IMG/VR virus record: IMGVR_UViG_3300024265_000187
Location: 1 to 26,226 of that record
Source of the DNA: a virus
Taxonomy: Duplodnaviria > Caudoviricetes
Direction: 5' to 3' (one strand)
Length of the DNA stretch: 26,226 bases
Part shown: in pieces, positions 16,334 through 24,683 of the stretch
Layout: every line of letters starts with the position of its first letter
How positions within the stretch are numbered: position 1 is the stretch's first letter
Translations under genes and position numbers: made by a program
Notes under the pieces: model-generated
Database searches by the model: none
What the model was told of the DNA's origin: nothing
What the model saw: only the letters and a program-made list of their open reading frames with translations

Positions 16334-16704
16334 TAAATCTGATATCCAACCTCTACGCCCCAAGCAACGTCGTCAGTACCAGCACGGACAAGCAGAAGCT
16401 TGTCACCCGTACGGAAAAACCACGGAGACGGATCAGATCGTTCATCCGCGGGGATAACCATGTTCATGTCAGAGCCAACACCGCGATCGTTAGCCTTATA
16501 AAGATCGACGTCGAACTCTTCTCCCTCTACGGAGTCTAGCGAAACCTGCAAATCAGCATTGGTGTTCGAGCCCTGCAACAATCGGAAATGTACACGAATG
16601 TACACCAGCTTAAAGGCGGCGCTACCCTCGGGTGGAGAAAACAAAACGGACATGTCACCACTGCCTTCTTCGAAAAATTGAGACGTGGATTGTTCAATCG
16701 CCAT
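16333..16704 (-). CDS. Putative virion protein
   Basis: Beta-rich, 123 aa, tightly packed in the operon. Confidence 0.7.
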   Translation of the reverse strand: MAIEQSTSQFFEEGSGDMSVLFSPPEGSAAFKLVYIRVHFRLLQGSNTNADLQVSLDSVEGEEFDVDLYKANDRGVGSDMNMVIPADERSDPSPWFFRTGDKLLLVRAGTDDVAWGVEVGYQI

Positions 16705-16706
16705 AA

Positions 16707-17198
16707 CTATGCATCCGGGTCATTGAAAATACGAACATTGTCACCAATCGGAAGGGCCCCATCCAACCGCAACAGAAACGGAATTACCTGTACCTGAACA
16801 CTACCATCATCGACAAGCGACTCATAAGTTGACAAACCACCACTCGGGAAAGCGGTGCCATCAGTACCGGTTATAACATTGACAAACTGAATAATTTTGG
16901 GAGTAGAGCCTTCAGTGAAACGAAAAAACATGTCGTAGTCAGGCAGGTCGCCAGGAGTACCGGGAATCTCAAGGGGACCCCACGGAGTAAGATCAAAAAG
17001 CTCAAGAGAAGAAGCCAGCTCAGTAAGTCCAATTTCGCCCGAAACGCGATGAACTCCAGGAATAGGAACGATGTCGTTACCTGAAAAACTAATGGTCCTG
17101 AAAATCTTCCAACGAACAAAGATGATTCCGGGAACATCTACACGCTTGTTTGTGTTTTCAAGAATGTAGTAGGCGCCACGAGTGGTACGAACGATCAT
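16707..17198 (-). CDS. Hypothetical virion protein, possibly a divergent tail-tube-fold protein (163 aa)
   Basis: TGATG coupling at 17198; position after the terminator-like gene; alternating beta pattern (VSGEIGL, MFFRF, KIIQFVNV). The fold call is inference. Confidence 0.5.
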   Translation of the reverse strand: MIVRTTRGAYYILENTNKRVDVPGIIFVRWKIFRTISFSGNDIVPIPGVHRVSGEIGLTELASSLELFDLTPWGPLEIPGTPGDLPDYDMFFRFTEGSTPKIIQFVNVITGTDGTAFPSGGLSTYESLVDDGSVQVQVIPFLLRLDGALPIGDNVRIFNDPDA

Positions 17199-17659
17199 CA
17201 GTTTCCACCACGTGCGACCATAACAGTGAAGTTGCGAATAGAATCGGCGACCACAATGTTTCCATGCGAGGCATCTGTACCAAACGTAATCGACCACTCT
17301 CCGTTTTCCAGCCCAGCCATCCCCTTGGTCTTGGTGAACGCATCTATATTATCGTCCACCTGCGCCATTTTTGAAAGAATCTCGACAGTAGCGCCATCGG
17401 CAGTGCGAACCTCAGTGACAATGCTGATCTTTACTTGCACACTCCATTGCTTAGCCGTGTCCGCTCGCCCCGACGCAGTAGCACCCAACAACTGCAAGGC
17501 GACATAAGCCGTTTGATGAGATCCAAGAAGATTCTCGCCCTCGACAACCTCACGAATTTTAACATTGCTATCGGCGCCGGAAGAACCAACCAACTCCTTC
17601 ATATGACTGAACAACAAGCTGAAGACGCCCGTAATAGTACCCAGAAATCCATCAGCCAT
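17198..17659 (-). CDS. Probable tail terminator/completion protein (lambda gpU / SPP1 gp17-like)
   Basis: Size, position after the adaptor and helix-beta-beta-helix-beta pattern; SD GAGG. Confidence 0.5.
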   Translation of the reverse strand: MADGFLGTITGVFSLLFSHMKELVGSSGADSNVKIREVVEGENLLGSHQTAYVALQLLGATASGRADTAKQWSVQVKISIVTEVRTADGATVEILSKMAQVDDNIDAFTKTKGMAGLENGEWSITFGTDASHGNIVVADSIRNFTVMVARGGN

Positions 17660-17672
17660 AACAATTCAATCC

Positions 17673-18905
17673 TCAAAACAGGCGACGATAGCGCTTGGCA
17701 ATAACTTCAACTTCAGGCAAGATTTCAGTAGGATTCTTGCTGACGGCTGCACCCGAAGCAACAGCAACCCCACGCTGAGAAGAAAATCTAACACCAACAG
17801 TTCTTCGTTGTTGAAACTCGTAAGACGCCTGCAACACATTGGCGTGCCGAAGATCACCAGGAACAGTATGCGGATCATCCAAAAGGCGATGATGCAAAAT
17901 GGTTAGCTTGGGAGTTTGCCCCGATGTTCCTTCGGACGACGTAATGATAACACTGGACTGCGTCTCTTCGTCGTTCAATCGAACACCAACACTAAGCTGA
18001 CCAGTATTGACGGCAGCCAAAATCAACGTTTCCATGGCAACCAATCCGGTCGTATTACTCAGCGCAAACGTGTATTCTACCGGCCCGGGATCTACGCTCG
18101 TGGTCGCACCAAGCTGTAACGCTGAACCAGCAGTATTCATATCAGCCCAAAGATTCACAAGATTCGTCGCGCTGTTTCTCGCGGCATCCACCGACAAAAC
18201 GTAAACTCTCAAGTTGGTCCCCGACGCCGCTGTAGCAAAAAGAGAAACTTCGAACGTAGAAATATTCCAAGTGGGCATAAACACATCTTGAAGCGTAAAA
18301 CGTAAAAACGCTCGAAGAATGGTGTCAAAAACGGTTCTAGATGCAAGAATCGTTGTGTCCGTCAACCCAGTCAACTGATAATCAATGCCTTCGTCATGTA
18401 CAATGTTGTAGTCCAACGTATCAGTAACCGAATTCAGGGTAAGGGTGGAATCTTCTAGCGCAATCTCATCATCTGTCTTGTATCCGCCGGTGTACGTCAC
18501 CTGGATTTGGCCAGCATTATCCTGTTCGTTGCCTAGCCAATTACGGCCGAGCCGACGAAGAACACCATCTGACCCTGGGCGCCCGCCTGCGCCCGCTTCC
18601 AATATGTAGCCAGTTCCCTCGACCAGTTCGGTGTAATTGTCGGAGTCATCGAAGTCTCTGGTTGCAGACTCGCGAACGATGTGCACCTGTACGATCGGAG
18701 AAGAACGAAGCCGGATGGTTCGTTCACCTCCAGAAAGAGTTTCGACAAGAGCGTGGCGGCGGAGCAGCGGGCGTCCAGCAAGGTTTTCAATGGTTCCTGC
18801 GGTCGAGCGAACGATTTCTGTGATTATAGCGTCATCGGTCGAATCAACAATTCCCATGCGGCTTTTGACTTCGGCCACAGTGGCAAATCCCCTGTCGAAG
18901 AACAT
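17673..18905 (-). CDS. Head-tail connector/adaptor (HK97 gp6 / SPP1 gp15-like) with ~205 aa inserted domain
   Basis: FATVAEVKSRMGI..DDAII..IENLAGRPL, SPIVQV, IQVTYTGGY ... VPGDLRHA, LPEVEVIAKRYRR. Confidence 0.8.
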   Translation of the reverse strand: MFFDRGFATVAEVKSRMGIVDSTDDAIITEIVRSTAGTIENLAGRPLLRRHALVETLSGGERTIRLRSSPIVQVHIVRESATRDFDDSDNYTELVEGTGYILEAGAGGRPGSDGVLRRLGRNWLGNEQDNAGQIQVTYTGGYKTDDEIALEDSTLTLNSVTDTLDYNIVHDEGIDYQLTGLTDTTILASRTVFDTILRAFLRFTLQDVFMPTWNISTFEVSLFATAASGTNLRVYVLSVDAARNSATNLVNLWADMNTAGSALQLGATTSVDPGPVEYTFALSNTTGLVAMETLILAAVNTGQLSVGVRLNDEETQSSVIITSSEGTSGQTPKLTILHHRLLDDPHTVPGDLRHANVLQASYEFQQRRTVGVRFSSQRGVAVASGAAVSKNPTEILPEVEVIAKRYRRLF

Positions 18906-18922
18906 AATGCGCTCCGCCTATC

Positions 18923-19486
18923 TCAATTGTCTTCGTATTCCAGGTAGTACATAGGACCTGTGCCACCGGTCATGTCCGCGTTGTTGCTTGTGATCGTGAT
19001 GACTATTTTGTCACCCTTGTCCAGCAACAGGTCTGCGCTAGTGCTCGTCAAAGTGTGGGCGGTCAGGGTGTCATCGGTAAGCCCTGTTTCGGTTTCGCTT
19101 CCACTTGCCAACAGCGCGTTTCCATCACCGGTAATTCCGACTACGACAGTGCCACCAGCCGACTCCGGTGCGTCGGTATACCTGCGCGTGACACCAGTGA
19201 TCTTCATCTTGCGCACAGCATAGGTAATATAAGTGTTGGCAGAATTCTCCACCAAATCATCCAATCGGGCCTCCATAGCGTTTTGGCCGAATCCAAACTT
19301 TTCGGTAGCACTGTTGTGTAGAACCTCTGGTAGCGTATCGACATCAGATCGCAAATGAATAGACGAGTTCTGTCTGTTCGTTGTACTCATCGCGCCCGTT
19401 CCACCCGAAATGGCTGGAGGATTTGCTTCGTTTCCGACTTGCAACACGCCCGTAACCTTTTGGTCACCACTGACTGTACTGGCCAT
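18923..19486 (-). CDS. Putative virion (head decoration/spike) protein
   Basis: Gly/Thr-rich; beta-sandwich C-terminus (LDKGDKIVITIT); SD AGGAG. Confidence 0.7.
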   Translation of the reverse strand: MASTVSGDQKVTGVLQVGNEANPPAISGGTGAMSTTNRQNSSIHLRSDVDTLPEVLHNSATEKFGFGQNAMEARLDDLVENSANTYITYAVRKMKITGVTRRYTDAPESAGGTVVVGITGDGNALLASGSETETGLTDDTLTAHTLTSTSADLLLDKGDKIVITITSNNADMTGGTGPMYYLEYEDN

Positions 19487-19495
19487 ATCAGACTC

Positions 19496-19729
19496 CTAGC
19501 TAAAGATCTTCTCTTCGATTCGCTCGACTCGCCCCTTGATGTTGCTGACGTCGGCCTTAATCTCGATGCACGCATCATGCACATCGTCGAGCTTAGTTTT
19601 CTTGCTACTACCGTTGTCGTATTTCAACCACACGAGCCAAGCAAAGCAAGCGGCACCGACCAGAAGGCCGACGTACCCGAATTGGCTGAGGTCCATTTTC
19701 TCAAACGGAGCCTGTAGCAATAACAGCAT
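19496..19729 (-). CDS. Small membrane protein, single TM plus coiled coil (holin-like candidate)
   Basis: SD AAGGAG before ATG 19729; FGYVGLLVGAACFAWLVWL; IKADVSNIKGRVERIEEKI. Confidence 0.65.
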   Translation of the reverse strand: MLLLLQAPFEKMDLSQFGYVGLLVGAACFAWLVWLKYDNGSSKKTKLDDVHDACIEIKADVSNIKGRVERIEEKIFS

Positions 19730-20546
19730 TTTCAGACTCCTTATTGTCGTCCGACACCGGGAAAAGTGAGGGGTCGTGTTCATGTCCCCACGCAATACGA
19801 CTATCGAAATCGAACACTCCGCAGTGCTTTACGTCTACGGCACGCGTTGCTCCGTAACTGACCCCAAGCTCATGTAACAATCGCGAGAAGAACCAGTCTT
19901 CCGGTTCGGTTCGAGCTACGCGCGAGATACCGGGTTCGGTTTGTTCACCTGTCGTAAGCGTACGGATTTCATCGTTGATCGTGAAGAGGTATTCGTGCAC
20001 GGGCGCATGACGCAAGTCCATCACCAGAAGCCCACTGTTAACTAGAAGTGTCGCACAATCACCTTCCCATCCTTCCAATCGCCCAATGAGATCGGGACCG
20101 GTAAACGTCGTCGGCAACTTCATGGTTTCTTGCAGCGTAAGTCTCCGCACATCACCCTTGATCGCAGCATTGGGATCAGACATGCAAACACCCGTGCTGG
20201 TCAGCCCGCGACCATCCTTGATCGGTACAACGGCAGAGAGCACATCGAGATCGTGTTTCTCCATCTCCGCAATCATAATATTCAACCAATTGGGTTGAAC
20301 CGGAACGATGTCGGCGTGCAACAGGCAGAAGTGAGTAAGTGGCACCGCACCGCTCTCTTTCAAATTGAGCGCCGTGCAGAAGATGGAGTTGAAGTTGTGA
20401 GCCAACAGTGAACAGCAATTCATGTGGACCACGCAGTCAGACAGCTTGGGCGCCTTCAAGATCGCCTGCACCGTACCAATGCCGATCTGCCCACTATGCG
20501 TAGGAACTCCGATGAACGTGAAGGATTTGTTTGTGTTCGATGCCAT
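19701..20546 (-). CDS. GT-A fold (GT2-like) glycosyltransferase
   Basis: FIGVPT, THFCLLHADI (DxD position reads HAD), NSGLLVMD, EDWFFSR, VKHCG. Confidence 0.75.
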   Translation of the reverse strand: MASNTNKSFTFIGVPTHSGQIGIGTVQAILKAPKLSDCVVHMNCCSLLAHNFNSIFCTALNLKESGAVPLTHFCLLHADIVPVQPNWLNIMIAEMEKHDLDVLSAVVPIKDGRGLTSTGVCMSDPNAAIKGDVRRLTLQETMKLPTTFTGPDLIGRLEGWEGDCATLLVNSGLLVMDLRHAPVHEYLFTINDEIRTLTTGEQTEPGISRVARTEPEDWFFSRLLHELGVSYGATRAVDVKHCGVFDFDSRIAWGHEHDPSLFPVSDDNKESENAVIATGSV

Positions 20547-20551
20547 GGGAA

Positions 20552-20887
20552 CTAGATTCCTTTCTTCTTTTTATTCTTGGGCTTGCTGTCCGTCTCTTCA
20601 ACTGCCGGTTCAGGCTCTTGGCCGTCGTCCTGCGGAGGCTCTTGGCCGTCGTCCTCAATTGCCGCGGGAAGCGGACCCCAACCATTCGCTTTCGCAACCT
20701 CTTCCCAATTGGCAGGGTGAACTTTAGCGCCCGCTAATTCCGCCTTTTGCCGAGTTGTATTAATCAACCCGGCAACGTAACAGTCGGCCTTCGGATCCCA
20801 CACGCAGAACCTTGCCGGATTTTTCGGCATAGGTACAACAATGCAACCGTTAGGCAACTTCTTGAAATTTCCGCCCGCTATTCCCAT
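20552..20887 (-). CDS. Hypothetical protein with acidic repeat and Lys-rich tail
   Basis: SD AGAAAGGA before ATG 20887; DDGQEP twice; KPKNKKKK. Confidence 0.7.
   Translation of the reverse strand: MGIAGGNFKKLPNGCIVVPMPKNPARFCVWDPKADCYVAGLINTTRQKAELAGAKVHPANWEEVAKANGWGPLPAAIEDDGQEPPQDDGQEPEPAVEETDSKPKNKKKKGI
20612..20655. repeat. 20 bp direct repeat, 24 bp period, in frame
   Basis: AGGCTCTTGGCCGTCGTCCT at 20612-20631 and 20636-20655. Confidence 0.9.
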
Positions 20888-21575
20888 AGCAATCTTCCTT
20901 TCTAACAATAGCCTCTTCGCAATCAGTTCCTTCGGACAACCCAACTATATGCTCACCTAAAAGGGGGTGGGTTGTCCAGCATCCACCAGAATTGATAGAC
21001 GCCCAATAACCATTTTCTCCAAAGCACGCAACAAGAGCATCTCTAACACTATCCTGATACGCATCGTGGCCAGCGAGGATCCCGGTTCGGCCCTTCCACG
21101 CGTTGATGTCGCTTATGACGGCTTCGGTCGTATGGTCTCCGTCGATAAAAACAAAGTCAGCACCACGAATAACCGGCACCGCACGAACGCTGTCCATACA
21201 CAGGATTTCAATGTGATCTTCCAAGTCGAAAGCCTTGATATTCTCCCCAAACACATCCAGCAGCGTGCGATTGGCCGCCAGCATCTCCTTGATCTGTAAG
21301 TTGTATTCATCTCCACCGTTGGTGCCATCCGCGAAGCTTATCTCAAACGTGTCAACGGCGTAAAGCTCGAAGTTGCAGCCCATACGATCCAGGAGTTGCT
21401 TACAAAGATGGATGATGCTTGTGCCCTTCCAGACACCAACTTCTACGAGTACAGGAGCGGTGACAACAGAAGTGCTTCCAGTGCCAACGTCGCATTTCTT
21501 TTCGGCCTCCGAAAAGTGATCGGCAACCCAATCATAAACAGGCCGAAAATTGAACCAACCTCTAAGATCGATCAT
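20850..21575 (-). CDS. Class I SAM-dependent methyltransferase (Methyltransf_24-like)
   Basis: LVEVGVWKGTS, YAVDTF, FVFIDGDH, GILAGHD; start ATG 21575 after AAGAAGG. Confidence 0.85.
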   Translation of the reverse strand: MIDLRGWFNFRPVYDWVADHFSEAEKKCDVGTGSTSVVTAPVLVEVGVWKGTSIIHLCKQLLDRMGCNFELYAVDTFEISFADGTNGGDEYNLQIKEMLAANRTLLDVFGENIKAFDLEDHIEILCMDSVRAVPVIRGADFVFIDGDHTTEAVISDINAWKGRTGILAGHDAYQDSVRDALVACFGENGYWASINSGGCWTTHPLLGEHIVGLSEGTDCEEAIVRKEDCYGNSGRKFQEVA

Positions 21576-21600
21576 GGGAACCTTCTTAATGGGAACGAAG

Positions 21601-21640
21601 AAAAAAGGTGGATGGTGGCGTTCCCCAACCACCACCCACC
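21601..21640 (-). terminator. Intrinsic terminator after capsid and cement genes
   Basis: GGTGGGTGGTGG-N10-CCACCATCCACC-TTTTTT (12 bp stem, U6). Confidence 0.85.
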
Positions 21641-21660
21641 CCGAACACAAACCACCACCA

Positions 21661-22095
21661 CTAAGTTGCGTCGACCTCCGCCGTGCTCGCGTCAGACGAG
21701 TCTTCGGGGCCAAACATGATAAGCGTTGCACCGTAGAGCGCCGAGTTGGCATTCAAGTTGTCAATCGGCTTGAAATACCGTTTCAGCGCAGTCAGGTCGA
21801 AGTAAGCAAACGACGAAGTGTTGTCGTCGGCATTCACGAACGTCAGTAGCCGAGGATTGATGTCAGTCACCACAGGGGCAGGAACCGTTGCGAAATTGGC
21901 AGCGGCCTCATCCGATTGCTGAATATCGAAATTCAGAGTGACGTCATCGACAATACCCTTACTAATCACAAGAATGGCCTCGTTCCATCCTCGCGTGTCG
22001 ATCGCAGTGTTGTTCCCATCTGTCGAAGTCAGAAAATCCGTGGGCGGAATTATCTGCTGAACGCTAATGCGTCGATTGATGAGTCGTCCCATCAT
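21661..22095 (-). CDS. Capsid cement/decoration protein (jelly-roll, BPP-1 Bbp16-like)
   Basis: Directly after the capsid gene and before the terminator; AIDTRG, IQQSD and KRY motifs; SD AAGGAG. Confidence 0.65.
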   Translation of the reverse strand: MMGRLINRRISVQQIIPPTDFLTSTDGNNTAIDTRGWNEAILVISKGIVDDVTLNFDIQQSDEAAANFATVPAPVVTDINPRLLTFVNADDNTSSFAYFDLTALKRYFKPIDNLNANSALYGATLIMFGPEDSSDASTAEVDAT

Positions 22096-22162
22096 TTTCT
22101 CCTTTTGAATAAAACTGGTTTCCAGTTGCCAACAACGTTAATAACTCAGCAAGCTAAGCGCG

Positions 22163-23605
22163 TTACGTCGTAGACGTTCTTCCCTTCACCAGTTGAGTCC
22201 CGTCCATCGCCGAAATCGCCACACGCGCGGTGGAACGAATCCACGTTTGATCGGCGCTAAACCCGGCTTCTGCCGAATTCAGAATCCGCAGGGCTCGACG
22301 CTCACCAAATCCATACGCCAGTCGCAGGTCACCATAGGCGAAGAAATCGGTCGTCACCGCATCATCAGCCGCATTGGGTAGTACGTCGACCGGAACAACG
22401 GGATCACCAAGCAGTGACGTTATTCCGCCAAGGGCTGTGTCTCTATCCACAACAACCGGGTCTCCGGCCGATGTCACAATGCTCTTGATAATCGCAAGAA
22501 TGTGGCGATGCATGTACCACTTGGCGTTTCGTTGCGACTTTGTCGGCACCAACCCCTGCATTAACGCCAGATCAGTGAAAGTAATATCGCTGAAAGACGT
22601 TGACGTAGTATTTGTCAGCGCCCCACCAATGGCATTACCCAAAATGTGAGTAACGACGTCAGATTGGGCCAACACACCGGTAACACGAGCCTGAGTAGAC
22701 TGACCAGTCCCTGTAAACCCGTTGGTATCGCGTGCCAGCGCATGGGCATCCACAATCTCTTCACCCATCCAAACGCCGAAGTCGATCGCCGTATCTTCCA
22801 GCAGCTCATTCGACCACTTGGTCAGCGTAGCATACAGCCGAGCGGTCAACATCACGTCGTCCGTATTCGGATCGCTATCTGTGATGTCAACGTTCTCGTC
22901 AGGATAGAAGATCGTCAGGCCAGAAGTCCGTCGCGGAATGATGAGAATACCGGCACCCATCGGCATGCGACGCGCATTCTGTTGAAACTCCCCGTGCTCT
23001 TCGATGTTCCTGATCAGCTCACTAAGCATCTCGTCGGGCACGGTCGCACCGGCACGCGCATGATCTCCAGCCTCCAAGGCCTTGAATACCGCGCCGAAAA
23101 ATGGTTCGTCCTTGGCTTTCTCGACGAACGACTTCATGCGCTCACGAACGACAAGATCGTGAGCACAGTGCCCCATGACCAACAAACCAAATGCCTTGCA
23201 CGCCTGCTCAGATGCAAAGTTCACGGCATACTTGCTGTTGGCTGATGTTTTCCACGGACTGTTACCAATGAACCCACTGCTTTTGCCCGCGGGCAATTGC
23301 TTGAGCGCAGCGCGAGTTGCGTTGATGTGGGTCTCCAGAGACTTGTTCTGGTTTTCCAGCTGCAGCACGATCTTCTCAACAGAATCGGCAACCACAACGA
23401 TGCGAGCATCCTGCTTTTCAACATCACCGGTGATGGACTTTACCCTATCACCGACAGCCTTAATCGCGGTTCCTGTTTGGCCAATCGACTCTTGAATTTC
23501 ATCCAGCGTTGCAGCGTTCGCTTCAGGATCCACTTCATAGTGAATGCTGTTCAGGAACCCCACCCGACAACGATGCAAATGGCTCCACGGCCTCTTGCTT
23601 GACAT
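22163..23605 (-). CDS. Major capsid protein, HK97 family, with N-terminal coiled-coil delta domain
   Basis: AGATVPDE, WSNELLEDTAID, FTGTGQ, AKWYMH, LLGDPV, YGDLRLAY, FSADQTWIR. Confidence 0.93.
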   Translation of the reverse strand: MSSKRPWSHLHRCRVGFLNSIHYEVDPEANAATLDEIQESIGQTGTAIKAVGDRVKSITGDVEKQDARIVVVADSVEKIVLQLENQNKSLETHINATRAALKQLPAGKSSGFIGNSPWKTSANSKYAVNFASEQACKAFGLLVMGHCAHDLVVRERMKSFVEKAKDEPFFGAVFKALEAGDHARAGATVPDEMLSELIRNIEEHGEFQQNARRMPMGAGILIIPRRTSGLTIFYPDENVDITDSDPNTDDVMLTARLYATLTKWSNELLEDTAIDFGVWMGEEIVDAHALARDTNGFTGTGQSTQARVTGVLAQSDVVTHILGNAIGGALTNTTSTSFSDITFTDLALMQGLVPTKSQRNAKWYMHRHILAIIKSIVTSAGDPVVVDRDTALGGITSLLGDPVVPVDVLPNAADDAVTTDFFAYGDLRLAYGFGERRALRILNSAEAGFSADQTWIRSTARVAISAMDGTQLVKGRTSTT

Positions 23606-23619
23606 AGAAAGTATCCTTC

Positions 23620-24681
23620 CTAATTACCGACATGAATGCCCACGGCATCAGCATGTCGGATTAGATGTATTTGTGCCTTAGCCCGAAAGGATTCAGCCGA
23701 CTCTTTAACAGGCTTGACGTCCTTAACGCTTGCAAGAGCATTGCGCAGCAACGCCTTGTTTATGGCCGAGTTGGACACGGAGTTCTCAACTTCTCCCGTG
23801 TGATGGGGCAGATGGCGGTACTTACAGACAACCGTCCCATCCGGATTGTACTCAGCACCCTTCTCGATGATGAACGCCGAATCGGGAAGGGTGTCATGAG
23901 AGGGATTTGTCGCATCGACACAGAGCGTAGCTAGCGACTGGGCAATCTCATTCAATCCCGATGCCGTCGTGCAGTCTCGACCATCTCTCTGCCTACCAAC
24001 AGAGAGGTTGGCTACTTGATCGGACAGTTCGGCAATCTCCTGCGACAGTTTCCCCATGAATCCGTCAGCAATTCTCTTGGACACCTCTTCCAAGAAATCA
24101 TCAGAACCAACGTCTTTCAACCTCGACTCTAACACCGCAATCCGATCAATAGATTTTGCAGCAATGAGTGATTCACGGTTGACCGGCTGGCTTGTCAACG
24201 CAACATGTATCAACTCGGACTCAGTAACGACGACGTGCTGCTCGCCACCGCGCTTCGATTGGCGCAATTCTGCTTTTCTACGAAGGAAACCAGCGGAAAG
24301 CGCCTTTATGAACTTCCTGTGAACCTTGCCCTTCCAATGCTCAGAAACCTCATCGGTGTCGAACTCACCCTTCTTGAGAATAAGCCCCTCTTTGGCCCTG
24401 ACCACATCAGCACGACCAACAACATTAGAAAGCCCGCTGGAGGTAACGGGATCGAAATGTTGATTCACAACAGGACCACCAGCGGCCTTGAACGCCTTGA
24501 GGTCAACACCCATCGGCTCGAATCGTTCGCCATCCCGATCAACGGTATTGGCGTTCAGTATCCCCCTAAAAAACCGGCCAGGATCATCGGGTGAATTAAT
24601 CGACTTGATGGATAGCCTTGGATGGTAATGGATGCGACCGTCGTCACAATCAATCGTGTCAATAACTTCAAATTCGTCCAT
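23620..24681 (-). CDS. HK97-type prohead protease with C-terminal extension
   Basis: VDRDGE, NQH (His), LSAGF (Ser), ELIHVALTSQPVN; C-terminal LPDSAF..RHLPHH..LRNALA (DUF6582-like). Confidence 0.88.
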   Translation of the reverse strand: MDEFEVIDTIDCDDGRIHYHPRLSIKSINSPDDPGRFFRGILNANTVDRDGERFEPMGVDLKAFKAAGGPVVNQHFDPVTSSGLSNVVGRADVVRAKEGLILKKGEFDTDEVSEHWKGKVHRKFIKALSAGFLRRKAELRQSKRGGEQHVVVTESELIHVALTSQPVNRESLIAAKSIDRIAVLESRLKDVGSDDFLEEVSKRIADGFMGKLSQEIAELSDQVANLSVGRQRDGRDCTTASGLNEIAQSLATLCVDATNPSHDTLPDSAFIIEKGAEYNPDGTVVCKYRHLPHHTGEVENSVSNSAINKALLRNALASVKDVKPVKESAESFRAKAQIHLIRHADAVGIHVGN

Positions 24682-24683
24682 AG

